Part shown: positions 9,043 to 17,725 of the stretch, piece by piece
Layout: every line of letters starts with the position of its first letter
How positions within the stretch are numbered: the stretch's first letter is position 1
Source of the DNA: a virus
Lineage: Duplodnaviria > Caudoviricetes
Direction: 5' to 3' (one strand)
Length of the DNA: 51,991 nt
IMG/VR virus record: IMGVR_UViG_3300042340_000122
Coordinates: 1-51,991 of that record
The notes under the pieces: generated by a model
Seen by the model: the letters and a program-made list of their open reading frames with translations, nothing else
Database searches by the model: none
What the model was told of the DNA's origin: nothing
Position numbers and translations under genes: made by a program

Positions 9043-11177
9043 TGTGAAAGCCGACGCTCGGCCTCGTCTGCATACTCAAGGGGCGCGAACACATCGTCGC
9101 GCATCAGGCGTGCGATCTTTCGATACCCGTGCTCCGCCATGAACGAGGGAAGCATTCCTTCCGAGCCTGAAAGGCCATCAAGGCCCTTGTTCTCACAGAC
9201 AATCAGGGGCCTGTTGATCTTCACTGTCTCGGATGCCCCATACAGAGCCGGACCTTCCATCCCCTCAATATCAAGGTAGATGAGGTCAACGTTTTGGGGT
9301 CCGAGATGGTCAATCACTATTACCGGAATTGTAGGAACTCCATCAAGGTCAATCCCGATCGACCCTGTGTTGTTCTTGTCCCGAACCGAGAGGGCGATCT
9401 TTCCCTCTTCATTCCCGATAGCGGCCTGATGAATAGTGACGTTATCTGCCCTCACATTCCGAACCAGGCACTTGAAGTTGGTGGGGTCAGGCTCAAACGT
9501 CCATACATCGTCAAACACGAGTGACATTGTATTTGCGAATATTCCAACATGCCCACCGGCTTGAATTGCTGTCCTGCGCTTACCCTCCGGAAGAGCATCC
9601 ACAACCCGCTTGATCTTCCAGACTTCATCCAGAACGGCGGGGACGGATACGCGGTCTTCTACCGGACGCCATAACTCATCAAAGAGAACGATATCGCCCT
9701 CGACAACGCACGGTTTGTTTCTCTCTTCGGCGAGTTTCTGAGATACCCAACCGAGGAGACCGGAGCAATGCACATGGATCTCACAATCCATGCGAGCCAG
9801 CTCATCAGAAAGCCCCATGAAGTCCTCAACCTGCCGGATCATCCAGCTAGCGGCTTTGAACTTTCGACCTTCCACATTCACATCAATCCGCGCATCCCGG
9901 TCATTCTCGGGCTGTGAATAGGCGTGGTGGTCCATGTCCTCGAAGGATGAATCCATGCCGAAGATATGGATGGTTCTGAACCCAAGCGCATAGGCTCCAC
10001 ACAGGGCTTTCATGCCTACTGTGGTTCCGCCTCCAACCAAGGTGTATTCTTTGTCTTTAGGCAGAAACTCATCGCACGTGGCTTCGTGCCAGAGGATGAT
10101 GTCCCTACCCTTAGCTGCCTCGAACACTGACGGATGACATTGGGAGGCGATATAGTGCGTCCACTCACCCCCACAGAACCGGGCGTTCACATCTCGAGCG
10201 TCTACGATCCATTGCCCGTCTACCTCAATACCGTTTTCGGTAAGGTAGTGAGCCGCGCCATTCAGAGCCCAGATAACTTGGCCCGCTCTGGCGCGCAGTT
10301 TCAGTTCTTCAAGGTTATGCTTGAGAGATGGGCCACCGCCCACAATGCAGACTGATTTATCGTTTGCTTCCGTCTGCTTCAGTTCGGGTAAGCCCAAACC
10401 CAAAGCGTGAGATACATTCGCCCTCAGTGCATCCATCTCGGTATTGCACCGAACGAGGATCTCAAGAGAACCTACCCCACCGATCTTCCACACATCCGGA
10501 ACCCATCCGAAGTGCACATCGTGCGGCCTTGGTTCCCCGTGAAACACAACAACGCGCGATCCCTTGGGTGGATACTTCTGGCAATGAACCTTGTAGCTCA
10601 CAAAGGATTCGGGAAAGAGGCTTTGGAGACTGTCGGGATTAGATCTCTTTTCGATCCAGGATTGATCTCCGCCCAAGTCATGGGTTGGATATCCCGCAAT
10701 TCGATACTCTTCCCATAGGTGAGTTCCGAACCCGGCTTTCCATGTCATCACTGAGGACTGAAACCCGCCCGGGCGATAGAAATCATCCAGCATGGCAAAT
10801 TCACTCGAACACTGAACGATCTCATCCAGAGCGGAGAGGACCAGCGTGTCCAAGTCAAAGAATACAATTCGGTCTCCAGAGGGAAACAGGCCGGGCGAGA
10901 AAAGCCATAACTTGTTCCACCAGCCCTCCAGTCCGTCTGGGAGAGGTCTTGTGACTACTCCTTCCGAATACCCCAAGTCAGGATCATCGGTGAAGCAGAC
11001 GAATTCACCCTCGGTTCCTTCCGCCAGATTGCGGATGACCATATCGTGTAACTTGTTGACGTACTCAGCCCCCCGGCCAAGGTAGTTACCCTTCTGCACG
11101 CAGACGATGTGAAGCATGTAGTGTTCCGGAGGGAGGAAAAGAGAGGGGCGAGCCTCATGACCCGCCCCGTTACTCAA
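9039..11177 (-). CDS. Three-domain protein: GT-A glycosyltransferase + DUF115/MptE-like domain + FkbM-family methyltransferase
   Basis: GWWNKL, FFDLD (DxD), GGDQ, VFHGEPRP; VCIVGGGPSL...GMDSS; QAGGHVG, FEPD, LDIEGME. Confidence 0.78.
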   Translation of the reverse strand: MSNGAGHEARPSLFLPPEHYMLHIVCVQKGNYLGRGAEYVNKLHDMVIRNLAEGTEGEFVCFTDDPDLGYSEGVVTRPLPDGLEGWWNKLWLFSPGLFPSGDRIVFFDLDTLVLSALDEIVQCSSEFAMLDDFYRPGGFQSSVMTWKAGFGTHLWEEYRIAGYPTHDLGGDQSWIEKRSNPDSLQSLFPESFVSYKVHCQKYPPKGSRVVVFHGEPRPHDVHFGWVPDVWKIGGVGSLEILVRCNTEMDALRANVSHALGLGLPELKQTEANDKSVCIVGGGPSLKHNLEELKLRARAGQVIWALNGAAHYLTENGIEVDGQWIVDARDVNARFCGGEWTHYIASQCHPSVFEAAKGRDIILWHEATCDEFLPKDKEYTLVGGGTTVGMKALCGAYALGFRTIHIFGMDSSFEDMDHHAYSQPENDRDARIDVNVEGRKFKAASWMIRQVEDFMGLSDELARMDCEIHVHCSGLLGWVSQKLAEERNKPCVVEGDIVLFDELWRPVEDRVSVPAVLDEVWKIKRVVDALPEGKRRTAIQAGGHVGIFANTMSLVFDDVWTFEPDPTNFKCLVRNVRADNVTIHQAAIGNEEGKIALSVRDKNNTGSIGIDLDGVPTIPVIVIDHLGPQNVDLIYLDIEGMEGPALYGASETVKINRPLIVCENKGLDGLSGSEGMLPSFMAEHGYRKIARLMRDDVFAPLEYADEAERRLSH

Positions 11178-11181
11178 GTGC

Positions 11182-11688
11182 TTACGTAGCTGTTTCGATA
11201 GCCGGGCGGTTGATAAGCACCGTCACGGTCGAAGTAGCCGAGGCCACCGTGGTCAGGTTGGCAGAGCGAGCGCCAACAATGCCCTTGCCCGTGGAGGCAG
11301 TGGCATAGACGCGACCAGCCGTGCCCGACAGCCACAAGCCGGAAGATGGCGAAACCGCCACCGCCGTCTTCTTGATAACTGCCATACCCGAGATCTGATA
11401 CCAGCCGTACTGGCTGGCAACGTTCGCCGACATGGCAACCGCGAGCGGAGCACCGTCCGTGGTGGCGTTGGTCGGAGACAGGGTGGTCTGGAAGGTTGTG
11501 GCGCTGTAGGTAACGAGCGAACCCACTACCGTTGAGGCAACGCCCAGCAGGTAGATGAATTCACCGCCACCGCCGCCCGTGGCCGTGTCACGCGCGCGGA
11601 CGATAGTGCCGAGCGGGTGGTTCTGCACCGTGTCGGTCGCGGCGATCAGCTGCCCGCCGATGAGTGGATCAGTTACAATATAAGGCAT
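11182..11688 (-). CDS. Putative capsid decoration/cement protein
   Basis: 168 aa, Ala/Thr/Gly-rich, GEFIY...YGWYQISG; follows the capsid gene. Confidence 0.6.
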   Translation of the reverse strand: MPYIVTDPLIGGQLIAATDTVQNHPLGTIVRARDTATGGGGGEFIYLLGVASTVVGSLVTYSATTFQTTLSPTNATTDGAPLAVAMSANVASQYGWYQISGMAVIKKTAVAVSPSSGLWLSGTAGRVYATASTGKGIVGARSANLTTVASATSTVTVLINRPAIETAT

Positions 11689-11699
11689 TGAGCCCTCCT

Positions 11700-11724
11700 A
11701 AAAGAAAAGGGCCCCAAAGGGCCC
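11700..11724 (-). terminator. Intrinsic terminator downstream of capsid/HNH genes
   Basis: GGGCCC-TTTG-GGGCCC followed by TTTTCTTTT on the minus strand. Confidence 0.7.
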
Positions 11725-11728
11725 GTTG

Positions 11729-12370
11729 TCATGAAGAGCCGCGCCTGGTTCTTGGCGCGACCGGAGTTGTAAGAGTTCTTTCGACCGTCCATCCCTTACT
11801 GAGACGCCATCCAATGTGTTTGGATGGTATCCCAGTTCGGTCGGCCCAATCTGCCCACGACAATGTTGCGCCGTTCCACTCAAGCATTGGAGTATTCCGC
11901 TTGTTTCGCTGCTGGCCACTTCTCGTTGACCACCTGCAATTTTCTGGGCCGTAGTTTCCGTTGACATCCGTTCTATCAAGGGACGAACCTTCCGGTCGCT
12001 GCCCCATGTCAGAAACAAACGCATCGTAACTAGCGACCCATCGCGGATCGACACGAATTCCCCGTCCACCGTATCGCCAATAATCTGGCGAATTCGGGTT
12101 CAGGCATCGCTGCAGCATCGACTCCCAAGACTTGAATGTCTTGGTTCCTGTTTGGCCATGAAGTGTGACCTGCTCTTTGTGGTAGCAGCCACACGACTTG
12201 CTTTTTCCAGATGTCAGGCTCCCTGCTTTCACAAGGCGCTTTGTGCCGCACGAACAGGTGCATGGCCAGCAGATTTCTCCACGGGCATTTGCCTCTGTCG
12301 GCCCTTCTCCAACAGTCCACCTACCGAAGATTTGTCCGGTCAGGTTTAGCTTGTGCTGTGATCTAGCCAT
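11729..12370 (-). CDS. Free-standing HNH homing endonuclease
   Basis: WPCTCSCG, SCGC, YGGRGI, LDRTDVNGNYGPENCRW...QQRN; GGAGG SD before ATG 12370. Confidence 0.85.
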   Translation of the reverse strand: MARSQHKLNLTGQIFGRWTVGEGPTEANARGEICWPCTCSCGTKRLVKAGSLTSGKSKSCGCYHKEQVTLHGQTGTKTFKSWESMLQRCLNPNSPDYWRYGGRGIRVDPRWVASYDAFVSDMGQRPEGSSLDRTDVNGNYGPENCRWSTRSGQQRNKRNTPMLEWNGATLSWADWADRTGIPSKHIGWRLSKGWTVERTLTTPVAPRTRRGSS

Positions 12371-12391
12371 TGACGCCTCCAAAGAAGCGCC

Positions 12392-12420
12392 AATGTACTA
12401 AATCACTGAACTATACGCAA
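12392..12420 (-). promoter_or_regulatory. Sigma70-like promoter for the HNH gene
   Basis: TTGCGT-17nt-TACATT; overlaps palindrome GCAACGAT-C-ATCGTTGC (12417-12433). Confidence 0.55.
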
Positions 12421-12436
12421 CGATCATCGTTGCACA

Positions 12437-13402
12437 TCAGGCCACTATGACGCCCTGCAACGAGCGGTTGCTGCAGGTCAAATTTCCCGCCCACCCAATA
12501 AGTTTCACCATCGCATCCTGGTTCACGCTAAACCGATCCGCGCCCATCGGAACCATGTTACGGTCACGATGCGGGCGGAACTTGATGTAGTTCGTGTTCA
12601 GGAAGTACATGTGAGCGCTCGGAGCGGTGCCCGAGAAACCACCATCGTACACAACATCCGCGCCCATGAACTTCAGGGTCTGGAAGCCGGCAGATGCCAT
12701 CTTCTCATCGGTCACGCGCTGGATGGCCTGAAGGGACTTCCAGTAGTAACCGAAATACGTGTTGTCCGCGACGATGAGGTCGGGAACATCACGGTTGCGG
12801 GAGATGGAGAGGTACAGCGAGTTCATCGCGTCCTGGATCGTCAGGGCAGAAGCCGCAACGCCATTGGCCGAGAAGTCATACACCGCGTTCTGCCAGAAAG
12901 AGTACGTGGAGGAGTTGATGCCACCCACCGTGCCCGTACCAGCGTCCGAGACCAGAAGCTGCAGACCACCGATCTGCTTGCCCCCTGTTCCCGTCCCATC
13001 CGAATAGACGCCCGTGCTGAGGTTGTTTAGCATGGTCTTTTCGGCGTTCTTGATGCGGGATTCGAGGAGGTCGATAACCTTCTCACGACCCGAGTTCTTC
13101 AGAAGCTCAAGACCGTTGATCTTGACGGCAACAGCCGCCTGCTTCCACTCGTACTCTGCCGAGGTGAAGACATCCGAACTTGCGACGTTCAGAGTTTCAT
13201 CGCCGGAGTAGTACATGAACGTCGAGTTTTCTGCGTACTCGAGTTCTTCCACGATGGATCGACCACCGGAAACCGGGGCGATGTTTTCCTTGTCCTGAAG
13301 GCGGGACAGGAGAGCAATGTTCTTCGACATGTTGTCACGGAGCTTGCCGCTGCGATAGCGCAAGGTGGTCGTGACGATTTCGTCCAAACCGGGACTAGCC
13401 AT
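12437..13402 (-). CDS. Major capsid protein
   Basis: 321 aa directly after the scaffold; TTTLRYRSGKLRDNMSKN...YSDGTG.GGKQIGGL...YFLNTNY...GNLTCSNR. Confidence 0.88.
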   Translation of the reverse strand: MASPGLDEIVTTTLRYRSGKLRDNMSKNIALLSRLQDKENIAPVSGGRSIVEELEYAENSTFMYYSGDETLNVASSDVFTSAEYEWKQAAVAVKINGLELLKNSGREKVIDLLESRIKNAEKTMLNNLSTGVYSDGTGTGGKQIGGLQLLVSDAGTGTVGGINSSTYSFWQNAVYDFSANGVAASALTIQDAMNSLYLSISRNRDVPDLIVADNTYFGYYWKSLQAIQRVTDEKMASAGFQTLKFMGADVVYDGGFSGTAPSAHMYFLNTNYIKFRPHRDRNMVPMGADRFSVNQDAMVKLIGWAGNLTCSNRSLQGVIVA

Positions 13403-13429
13403 TTTGTTACCTCATTGATGATTGTTGAA

Positions 13430-14500
13430 TCAGAGAAGACCGGATGAGGACGCTTCAAGAAGCTGCCTCAAGTTCATCCCCTCGGCTGATTGCTCGCCGT
13501 ACATGCCTGACGCTCCACTTATGCTTGATGCCGCCATGCGGGCCTCCTCGGCTCTCATCCTCTGGGAGCGGTTTTCCCGGGCTCGGGATTGCGCCAGAAG
13601 TTTCGAGCGTGTGTAGGGATTGGCCCACTTGGCTCTCTCATAAGCCTCGTGGATGGTCGAAGCGCGTCCTGACTCGATTTCAATCGCCATATCTTCTTCA
13701 AGTTCATTGAAGTATGGATAGGCAGGCTTTCCATCTGGTCCGGTCTGGCTTGCGAAATTCTCAATATTCTCATTCGTTACATTGAACGCCTGAGCATACT
13801 GTTGTTGCTGCTGCAACTGCTGCGCCTGCTGTTGCGCCTGCATGGTTTGGTTCAGTTGGGCCTGAACGCCTGCAAGGTGCTGACGCAGCGTAGCGACTTG
13901 CGGATCGACGTATTCTTCCTCCTGACGCTGGTTCAGTTGGTTGAGGTCAATGCCGCGAAGATTGGAGAAATACTGGATAAACTCTATCGGGGAGTTTGTT
14001 GCGTAGTCGGAGAGGGCGATAAGCTGCTGCATGGCTTGGGCCGGGCCCATGCCGTTCAACGCCCACTTCTGGACATGAGGGGAAATAACCCGCTCCATCT
14101 CCTGATAGCCCTGGCGAACCTTGGCTATCTCCTGTGTCTTGCGTGTGTAGTCCGCCATCATGTGACGGGCTCGGTCGAGGTAAGCGTGCTGTAAGGCAGG
14201 GGGCAATTCCTTGAAGAACTGCTGCTCCTGCTGCGGCCAGTTGGCGGGCGGGTCAATGGGGCCTAGTTGGTCCTCATCGTCCTCTTCCTCGTCACCTTCC
14301 TCGTCTACCTCTTCCCCGTCTTCGTCGTCCTCATCGGAAGCGTCGAGTTCTTCCTCGCCCTCTTCCTCTAGGTCGTCTTCCTCAGTTTCGAATTCATCTT
14401 CGTCATCCGGGTTTTCGATTTCCGGGGCGAAATTGTCGTCGTCGCCTCCCAGAACGTCAACTTCTTCCGTGGCGTCGTAACTGTCGCGCGGACCTGCCAT
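13430..14500 (-). CDS. Capsid scaffolding protein
   Basis: Very acidic N-terminus, DYTRKTQEIA scaffold motif, Q-rich coiled coil, upstream of the capsid gene. Confidence 0.82.
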   Translation of the reverse strand: MAGPRDSYDATEEVDVLGGDDDNFAPEIENPDDEDEFETEEDDLEEEGEEELDASDEDDEDGEEVDEEGDEEEDDEDQLGPIDPPANWPQQEQQFFKELPPALQHAYLDRARHMMADYTRKTQEIAKVRQGYQEMERVISPHVQKWALNGMGPAQAMQQLIALSDYATNSPIEFIQYFSNLRGIDLNQLNQRQEEEYVDPQVATLRQHLAGVQAQLNQTMQAQQQAQQLQQQQQYAQAFNVTNENIENFASQTGPDGKPAYPYFNELEEDMAIEIESGRASTIHEAYERAKWANPYTRSKLLAQSRARENRSQRMRAEEARMAASSISGASGMYGEQSAEGMNLRQLLEASSSGLL

Positions 14501-14571
14501 TTTGTATTCTCCATGTCACGGGGTTTGGGTTACCCGGTAATCCCTGTCGCGTATGCGACCTGCGAACTTGT

Positions 14572-14889
14572 TCAGCCCTTGTAACGATGCTCTTCCATGG
14601 CCCGCACGATGTCGTGCACGGGGTTGGAAGGCGGGATGTATTTCTGCTGGACGTTCTCGTTTCCAACCTCAACCAGCCCTCTGGATTTGAGGAAGTCGCG
14701 ATGCTGTTTCCTTCCCCCGATGACGGACCCATCCACCACTGACTTGTAGGGATCGATGTCCTTCACGATCTGGAGTCCGATCTTGTCTTCGCCCTTGCGC
14801 TTTCGATAGTGATCCATGCACGCCGAGGGCCAAGGTTCCTCAAGGTCATGCCATCCTTTGCACACGTCGCAGTGTCTGGCTCTCGCCAT
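14572..14889 (-). CDS. Hypothetical head-cluster protein
   Basis: DIDPYKSVVDGSVIGGRKQHRDFLK...EVGNE, located before the scaffold. Confidence 0.65.
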   Translation of the reverse strand: MARARHCDVCKGWHDLEEPWPSACMDHYRKRKGEDKIGLQIVKDIDPYKSVVDGSVIGGRKQHRDFLKSRGLVEVGNENVQQKYIPPSNPVHDIVRAMEEHRYKG

Positions 14890-15167
14890 TATTTGCGCCT
14901 CTTTTTTCTTTCTTCGCTTCTCGTTTCACCGACATACCCAACTGGAAGACCAGCCATTCCGCCAGCCATTGCTCCCTTAAATCCTTCGTCCCCATACACT
15001 TTGCGGCCCGCTAGTTTTTTGGCTTTTCTAAATGCCCGGCCAGCAAGGCCACCAACAAGCATGCCGCCAATCAACGATGTGGGTCCGTTGACATACCCGC
15101 TATCAAGAGCCTTATCGAAGATATCGCGCGTATCTTCCTTGGCTTTGTACTTTTCTTGCTTACCCAT
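14889..15167 (-). CDS. Small tagged glycine-zipper protein
   Basis: KEDTRDIFDKALD; GGMLVGGLAG and GAMAGGMAG; RKKRRK tail; AGGAG SD. Confidence 0.8.
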   Translation of the reverse strand: MGKQEKYKAKEDTRDIFDKALDSGYVNGPTSLIGGMLVGGLAGRAFRKAKKLAGRKVYGDEGFKGAMAGGMAGLPVGYVGETRSEERKKRRK

Positions 15168-15176
15168 TTCTTTCTC

Positions 15177-15743
15177 CTATGCTGTGAGTAGGATCGTAGT
15201 GATCACCATCTCTTCTTCCTGCCGCTCTATCTTTCGTGCCCTGTCTTCGTATTCCTGGAGCAACCGGGCCAGTTTCTCCTGAGATGCCTTGTCCTCTGCC
15301 GCCTTCAGTTCATAAGCAACGCGAACCAACTGAATTCGCATTTGCTCGAGAGGGGCGAGTTCAATCTTGACCGCCGCCGGGAATGCCGGCCAGAAATCAA
15401 AGGCGGGGCGGATGATCTCCGCCACCTTCCTCGCAACCTTCTTCCGCTTCCTCTTGTCCTTTGCGGACGTGAGGTCGGTCAGCGCCTTGCGTATCGTGTT
15501 TCTAAGCTCGCCCCGGTACTTGCCCCTGTACCAGTGAGCGGCTCCGCCTCCCCCGGTAGATTGGGAAGGTGCCTCAATGACCACTTGGCCGTGATCTATG
15601 TAGGATAGAGAACCCGTTAGTGAAGATGTGGCCGTGAGTGAGGCCGACATTGCATTTGGATCTGCACTGCCACCCTGAAAGTATCTCTCCGGGAAATACC
15701 GCGCGGGGAAATACGTGTCAGGGAAATGATCCCCGCCGCTCAT
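15177..15743 (-). CDS. Hypothetical virion-associated protein
   Basis: FPxxYF repeats at the N-terminus, basic/coiled-coil C-terminus; coupled to the upstream gene. Confidence 0.6.
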   Translation of the reverse strand: MSGGDHFPDTYFPARYFPERYFQGGSADPNAMSASLTATSSLTGSLSYIDHGQVVIEAPSQSTGGGGAAHWYRGKYRGELRNTIRKALTDLTSAKDKRKRKKVARKVAEIIRPAFDFWPAFPAAVKIELAPLEQMRIQLVRVAYELKAAEDKASQEKLARLLQEYEDRARKIERQEEEMVITTILLTA

Positions 15744-16555
15744 TAGCTATCCGTCAGATCGTAGGTGATAGCGGTTCGATTTCCATCACTCGTTACCGTA
15801 GCCACAATCCGATCCTTATCGTCTGCCACGGCGTTGCGAATGGTTATGGTAGTGCTTGCTGCCCCAGACAGTTCACCCGCCGTAGCCGCTGCTATGAGCC
15901 TGAGCGCGTTTCTGACTGTCAGGCCAGTTTCCACGTTTTCAGTGTCTAGAACGTAGGAACTGAACTCCGCCGCTTCCAATTGGGTTGGAGGCTGGATAGA
16001 GGCGCTCATGTACCCGACCGCGTAGCTTGTAAGGCTTAGGGAGCCCGTGGCCGTGAGGGTTGAGGACATGAAGCCCTTGGCAACCGATGTACCCGATAGA
16101 GAACCACTTGCACTGAGTGCACCCGATGCAGCGAGAGCGGCTACAATGTTACCTGATAGTGCTCCTGTTCCAGTAAGGGCGGCAGATCCCGACACCACCA
16201 GCGCCGCAGTACCCGAAAGAGAGCTAGTGCTCTCGATTGTGGCCTCCGCATTCACACCTCGCGCCCCGGCTGCGGTCAGCCTTGCCTCGCAGGTAATCGT
16301 CTCATGCGCGGAAAGGGAGCCTGCCGTGATTGGCATCAACCAGCCTTCGCCGGAATAGCCTGCTGGAATGCTCAGAAGCTCTATGGTGTCGGAGCCATCC
16401 TGAATGGCCCAGTTACGCCGCGCGCCGCCCCGCCCCCAGTTATCCCTGACGTAGACCTGCGCCGAGGCTATGCCCGAGGCGTGAGCCGTGCTCGACCCGC
16501 CGAACCACCTTCCATTGCTCTTTGTGTGGATCGTATAGTTGCCGTGCAGAGCCAC
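15743..16555 (-). CDS. Putative virion fibre-like protein
   Basis: Ala/Ser/Gly/Thr beta-repeat region; C-terminal DKDRIVATVTSDGNRT. Confidence 0.6.
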   Translation of the reverse strand: MALHGNYTIHTKSNGRWFGGSSTAHASGIASAQVYVRDNWGRGGARRNWAIQDGSDTIELLSIPAGYSGEGWLMPITAGSLSAHETITCEARLTAAGARGVNAEATIESTSSLSGTAALVVSGSAALTGTGALSGNIVAALAASGALSASGSLSGTSVAKGFMSSTLTATGSLSLTSYAVGYMSASIQPPTQLEAAEFSSYVLDTENVETGLTVRNALRLIAAATAGELSGAASTTITIRNAVADDKDRIVATVTSDGNRTAITYDLTDS

Positions 16556-16558
16556 ACT

Positions 16559-17725
16559 CTAGCTCCAACCGAAATCGAGGTGTCCGTAGATCGAGGCGTT
16601 GTTCTGCGTTGCTGCGCCTGAATACATCAGCCACACAAGGCACGCGCCGTCATAGACGCGGGGCATTGAAGGAAGCTGGTTCACCAGATCGCGCTCAGCA
16701 GCCACACCAAGTGTAGTGATCGGAAGTGTAAGCAACGGTCTGCAAAGGCAGAGATTGTAAACCCCGGCTGTGACGCCAGAAGATGCCAGGATGATGTCCT
16801 GAATCCTGCGAATGCCTGCGTCCGCCCCCTGAAGCGGCATGAATGGCCCGTACTTGCCCGAACCGAGGCCCGAATAGGGGATCGTCAATAGTGGGCTGAC
16901 GGCTGTGTTGGTCGGCAGTACCGGAGACGATGGTGTCAGGCGCGAATTGGTGCCCGCGCTGTTCTGGTAGGTCAGCTGGAACGTGGTAGTTCCCGCTGTG
17001 CCGTTTGTTGATGCTGTCAGAAACGCCTGAACACCAGCACCATCCGAATAGCGCGGGGTGCGCTGGAAGAAGGTGTTGGTGCCGGAGCCCGCGTCTGTGT
17101 AGGAGATCACTGTGTTAGCAATAGCGTTCTGCAGCGTGGTCGCGAGACGCGATGTGGTCGAGGTGACGCGAACCGTCCAGTAGATTGTACCCGCTACAAG
17201 GCCAGTCGGTAACGCGCCCGATGTGGTAAAACTGACTGGGGTGAACGTGTCAAGGTCAGCCACAGTTGTCATCAAAAGACCAGACGAAGACGAGAACGTA
17301 ACGTTTTCCGTATTGGTCAGCGTCTTGGTGCCTGTGGTGCTGATAGTCGCGTTCAGCAGCGGCGTGACGCTCAGAAGGTCAACCAGCATCATGACGGCAG
17401 GAGCGAGAGGCGAAGCTGCCGAGAACGCACTCGCGTTCAGGATTACCTTGTACCCATCCCACGCCGCATTGACGTTTCCGCCGTGCTGAATGCCACCTGA
17501 GGCAATAGCCGTGGTGAAGTCATACATCGGATGCTCACGCAGCGTTGTGCCCGCGCCAAGCTGTGCGTTAGCGAGCGGATTACCCGCACCACCCGCGAGA
17601 CACTGCCACGAACCCGCAATGACAGTACCGCCCGTCGCGTGGTTCTTGTTCCAATCCGCGCGCCAGAACTTTCCCGAGTTTGAGACGTTGCTGATAAGAT
17701 TGTCTAAAGAGGAAAAACCAGCCAT
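16559..17725 (-). CDS. Putative virion structural protein, paralog A
   Basis: RYSDGAGVQ, GPFMPLQGADAGIRRI, RPL motifs shared with the adjacent gene. Confidence 0.65.
   Translation of the reverse strand: MAGFSSLDNLISNVSNSGKFWRADWNKNHATGGTVIAGSWQCLAGGAGNPLANAQLGAGTTLREHPMYDFTTAIASGGIQHGGNVNAAWDGYKVILNASAFSAASPLAPAVMMLVDLLSVTPLLNATISTTGTKTLTNTENVTFSSSSGLLMTTVADLDTFTPVSFTTSGALPTGLVAGTIYWTVRVTSTTSRLATTLQNAIANTVISYTDAGSGTNTFFQRTPRYSDGAGVQAFLTASTNGTAGTTTFQLTYQNSAGTNSRLTPSSPVLPTNTAVSPLLTIPYSGLGSGKYGPFMPLQGADAGIRRIQDIILASSGVTAGVYNLCLCRPLLTLPITTLGVAAERDLVNQLPSMPRVYDGACLVWLMYSGAATQNNASIYGHLDFGWS

Noticed and set aside
2885-15167. Tag-encoding DNA repeats as a CRISPR array, DGR or DNA-level mobile repeat
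   Set aside because: Irregular spacing, variation mostly at synonymous sites, and no cas or reverse transcriptase gene; conservation is at the peptide level
15177-15743. LRNTIRKAL as another tag copy
   Set aside because: Internal rather than terminal, and the generalised pattern is short enough to occur by chance; not counted
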